A DNA stretch of 63,657 nt, the filler included, from Phoronis australis (taxonomy: Eukaryota > Animalia > Phoronida): assembly GCA_002633005.1 (NCBI GenBank). It is 6 parts of 6 records of this genome, joined end to end, with 100 filler letters (N's around TTAATTAATTAA, not from the genome) between each part and the next. Parts side by side here need not be neighbours in the genome. Positions count along the whole stretch, not along the records: positions 61,871 to 63,657 come from NMRA01000840.1; 5 more parts are not named here. One strand, written 5' to 3'. Positions 62,822 through 63,657 of this stretch are shown piece after piece; within the stretch, counting starts at the first letter, position 1; every line of letters begins with the position of its first letter. The notes under the pieces are model-generated. The model was given only the letters and a program-made list of their open reading frames with translations, ran no database searches and was not told where the DNA came from. The translations under genes were made by a program, and so were the position numbers.

Positions 62822-63657
62822 CTGTAAACCCTGTATTCTATACCCGTAGCCAGCTATTGCAACTAAACTGGCACTAGATTGTGGTTCAAGTTAGCGAACT
62901 TTTCATTCTTCTCTTTATACACCCTCCGGCAACTTTTCGCTCCCCGAACCACCGTCGCCGCAAAATGTTCAGACTCCTATAGAAACAACCTTGTTCCGGC
63001 TGAAGCGGGCAGCTAAAAAATCATTCCGGGTGGCTAAANTCATTCTTCTCTTTATACACCCCCCGGCAACTTTTCGCTCCCCGAACCACCGTCGCCGTAA
63101 AATGTTCAGACTCCTACAGAAACAACCTTGTTCCGGCTGAAGCGGGCAGCTAAAAAATCATTCCGGGTGGCTAAAAGGGTACAATGTAGTTGGTAACGAT
63201 ATCCAGAAAGTCACCCCTACCAGATGGAGTTTGCCTCGCAAAATCGTATTATTATAACGTTTTTTACCATTGCAGCGTTTTAATATCTTATTACCGCAAA
63301 CACTTAGGTTAACGATTATACTCACGCACAAGCCTACTCCCTGCCTTTAAAGTGTTTCATAATAAGCGCTCACTGATCTATTAAAAGTCCCCCCTTAAAT
63401 TTTGAGAATTTCCAATTAAGCGCCCACAGTTCAAGCTAGCGCCCATCATTGCGCACTACAAACGACCGCATGTGGTTTAAAATTGACACGCAGATTATAT
63501 GGTGTGGGTCAGTTTCATTTTACACAACTTCAGTTTTCAAAAACGTCTTTTCACAATATGTAAAAACCAAATCCCAGCTTAGTTTTATACCTCGGAAAGA
63601 AAGTTAACACTAGTGACGTGCGTGTCGTTTTGCGACTGACCTATTTTTCCCGTACTT

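Noticed and set aside
62903-63176. ~136-bp tandem duplication
   Set aside because: Copies are joined at a single N and differ at only a few bases; probably two alleles assembled in tandem

Overview
Animal (invertebrate-like, AT-rich, intron-rich) scaffold made of six contigs joined by five artificial 100-bp gaps (N..TTAATTAATTAA..N). It is not prokaryotic, so most ORF-track entries are exon fragments or noise. Genes recovered by manual splicing: (1) a putative 4-exon orphan gene (- strand, 5897-8073) encoding a ~167-aa acidic protein with clustered tyrosine motifs; (2) the C-terminal part of USP34 (- strand, 35 phase-consistent exons, 9777-33485, ~1491 aa, complete USP catalytic domain), with the N-terminal half and final exon(s) not visible; (3) SUGCT/CaiB-BaiF CoA-transferase (+ strand, 9 exons, 42169-51401, first exon(s) missing); (4) a putative secreted signal-peptide + Sushi + PAN/apple gene (- strand, 56621-59369) with a GC-AG intron. 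The rest is non-autonomous DNA transposons, LINE and Penelope relics, minisatellites and palindromes. Most interesting: four USP34 5' splice junctions have been tandemly amplified into intronic arrays, and at the two C|GT junctions every copy has lost the GT (mostly to AT, consistent with CpG decay); a 5-bp-TSD DNA element carries an internal tRNA-like Pol III cassette; a ~220-bp hairpin lies between two AATAAA signals of SUGCT. I found no convincing wholly new multi-gene system.
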